Below, in pieces: positions 17,027-18,552 of a stretch of 18,552 nucleotides of DNA. How positions within the stretch are numbered: position 1 is the stretch's first letter; every line of letters starts with the position of its first letter. The notes beneath the pieces were generated by a model. It was not told the DNA's origin. It did no database searches and saw only the letters and a list, made by a program, of their open reading frames with translations. This DNA comes from Candidatus Hermodarchaeota archaeon (GTDB lineage: Archaea > Asgardarchaeota > Lokiarchaeia > Sigyniarchaeales > SOKP01): positions 1 to 18,552 of the forward strand of contig JBHLLG010000055.1 of assembly GCA_048885925.1 (NCBI GenBank), written 5' to 3'. A program made the position numbers and the translations under genes.

Positions 17027-17590
17027 TTGGAAACTATCGAAGAAAGCTTAGCTATTTCATTGAATAGAATAGATTTTATTTTTCAGAATGAAAAAATTCT
17101 TACCGAATGTATTAAGAGTTTTAATGGATTTTCTCTATTAGGTGAATCATTGGGTCCATTTGAAAAAGGAAAAAAATATAAATTAAAATTATTTTCTGCC
17201 ATACCTTTTATCGAAAAAGAAATATTAAAAGTGGCATCAACAGAAAAATGTGATAGCATTGATGTGCAAAGATATGCTATAAGTGAAAGAGATGATCCAA
17301 AACTGATAAAAAGAAAAGAAAAGTTCTTTTTGAACAAAATTAGAGAATTTAAAAGATTTATGGAAGAAGATATAATCCACAAAAGTAAACCAAAAATAGA
17401 TTTAGATAGATATACCTCATATACCTCAAATATTATTGATAGCAGATTATTAAAGTTATTGAAATTGTCTATGACAGAATTATCTTTAGAAGATGAGACA
17501 AGATTAACGAATCCTGAAAAATTTCTTTACAAATATTTATATAATTTAATCAGAAGATGGAGAGATTTTTTCAATTATACCAGAATTTAG
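17027..17590 (+). CDS. gins23: GINS complex subunit, Gins23 (Psf2/Psf3-like, B-A domain order) (187 aa, TTG start)
   Basis: N-terminal beta-domain motif LGPFEKGKKYKLKLFSAIPF (cf. GPF..G....LPLW.A..L), then helical A-domain motifs ISERDDPKL, IIDSRLLKLLKLS and LTNPEKFLYKYLYNLIRRWR. Size and proximity to mcm fit. Confidence 0.78.
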   Translation: METIEESLAISLNRIDFIFQNEKILTECIKSFNGFSLLGESLGPFEKGKKYKLKLFSAIPFIEKEILKVASTEKCDSIDVQRYAISERDDPKLIKRKEKFFLNKIREFKRFMEEDIIHKSKPKIDLDRYTSYTSNIIDSRLLKLLKLSMTELSLEDETRLTNPEKFLYKYLYNLIRRWRDFFNYTRI

Positions 17591-17611
17591 TTTTTAAATA
17601 TATTTGTCGTA

Positions 17612-18298
17612 TTAAAGTTTGATTGGTTTTGCCCCATATTTTTTGAAATATAGATTAATACTTTTTGCTATTTCTGGACTTATTGTCAAGTAAGGTAATA
17701 AATCAACAGCATTACTCATTGAATAATATTTGATTTTTTGTTCCGATATAATTTCCTCTACACTTTTTCCATCATCTCTTAGTTCATTTCTATCTGTTAA
17801 GCTTATAGCACCAATTATATCGACATCTAATTTTTTTAATTTTTTTATTTCATTAATCAAAGATTCACCTGTTGTTGTAGTATCTTCAAGAATAATTGTT
17901 GTTCCAGAAGGTATTCCTAGCAAAAATCTATCTTTTGGATCTCCATGTTCTTTTTGGGTACCTCGTCCCATTGATAAAGAATATTTTCCCGGACTATAGT
18001 TTTTCTGTTTTTTTGCCCATTTATATTGAGTTATAATACCTAATTTTGTTGCGCCTTCCGGAACACCATAAAAACTTTTAGGTTTTAACCCCAAATATTC
18101 AATGAATAAAAAAATATAATCAGTTAATTGATCTAGTAGAAATATATCAGAAGAAATATTTCTCCAATTTATATACCAGGAAGATAATCTACCAGATTTT
18201 AATTGAATTGGTTCTTTAAAAATTCCTATTATATTGTTATTTAATATAAATTTATGGAAATTTTCTCTTTCAGTTTCCCAATTCATAAGCATTCTCAT
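17612..18298 (-). CDS. pyrE: Orotate phosphoribosyltransferase (divergent); the start may be one of the next downstream Met codons
   Basis: LKSGRLSSWYINWR, GVPEGA, flexible loop RGTQKEHG, PRPP-binding loop IILEDTTTTGES and a DR motif after the following strand. Confidence 0.82.
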   Translation of the reverse strand: MRMLMNWETERENFHKFILNNNIIGIFKEPIQLKSGRLSSWYINWRNISSDIFLLDQLTDYIFLFIEYLGLKPKSFYGVPEGATKLGIITQYKWAKKQKNYSPGKYSLSMGRGTQKEHGDPKDRFLLGIPSGTTIILEDTTTTGESLINEIKKLKKLDVDIIGAISLTDRNELRDDGKSVEEIISEQKIKYYSMSNAVDLLPYLTISPEIAKSINLYFKKYGAKPIKL

Positions 18299-18552
18299 TG
18301 CTCTTTTAATGTTAGATAATCTTTTCTGGCTTTAGCATACTCTTCTCCACTAATTTTTCCGTCTAAAAATAATCTTTCTTTTTCTTGCATAATTTTTCTT
18401 TTCTTAGCCAATTCTTTTCGTCGATCCGCTTTTGTAAAATTATTCGAAATAAGTTGAGCTAAATTTATTATATCTTTATCTTTTTTTTCTAATAGGTTAT
18501 CTAAATACTTTTTTATCGGTTTCGCCATATCAACATCTTTTTTTGAAATTTC
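18295..18552 (-). CDS. C-terminal part of a hypothetical protein ending in a SHOCT-like motif (frame open to the window edge)
   Basis: The frame continues upstream of the ATG at 18528 without a stop (EISKKDVD-MAKP...). It ends in LFLDGKISGEEYAKARKDYL. Its TGA overlaps the pyrE ATG (ATGA, 18295-18298). Confidence 0.65.
   Translation of the reverse strand, partial: EISKKDVDMAKPIKKYLDNLLEKKDKDIINLAQLISNNFTKADRRKELAKKRKIMQEKERLFLDGKISGEEYAKARKDYLTLKEQ

Noticed and set aside
17083-17999. 99-aa minus ORF and 89-aa plus ORF
   Set aside because: Antisense shadows of gins23 and pyrE respectively.

Overview
AT-rich, gene-dense archaeal window. An archaeal-type MCM, a GINS23-like protein and a non-prenylated Rab-like GTPase together point to an Asgard archaeon, most likely Lokiarchaeia (inference; no database search was run). 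The left half (1-8321, all minus strand) is a MoxR-associated envelope cluster. In transcription order it holds a 1276-aa transglutaminase-fold/Ig-repeat surface protein whose catalytic Cys and His appear replaced, a membrane protein with Ig-like domains and a DUF4129-like tail, a stand-alone paralog of that tail, a DUF4350/GIFT-like membrane protein, and a MoxR AAA+ ATPase that runs off the window and is absent from the ORF track. The middle holds a Pro-rich/coiled-coil/Zn-ribbon protein and a histone-deacetylase-family gene divergent from the Rab-like GTPase. The right holds mcm, a 1115-aa protein with about 9 TM helices fused to a long HEAT solenoid lying between mcm and gins23, pyrE, and the C-terminus of a SHOCT-like protein. 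No RNA genes, CRISPR arrays or mobile elements were seen. The best candidates for new biology are the membrane-anchored HEAT protein inside the mcm-gins locus and the pseudo-transglutaminase MoxR surface module.
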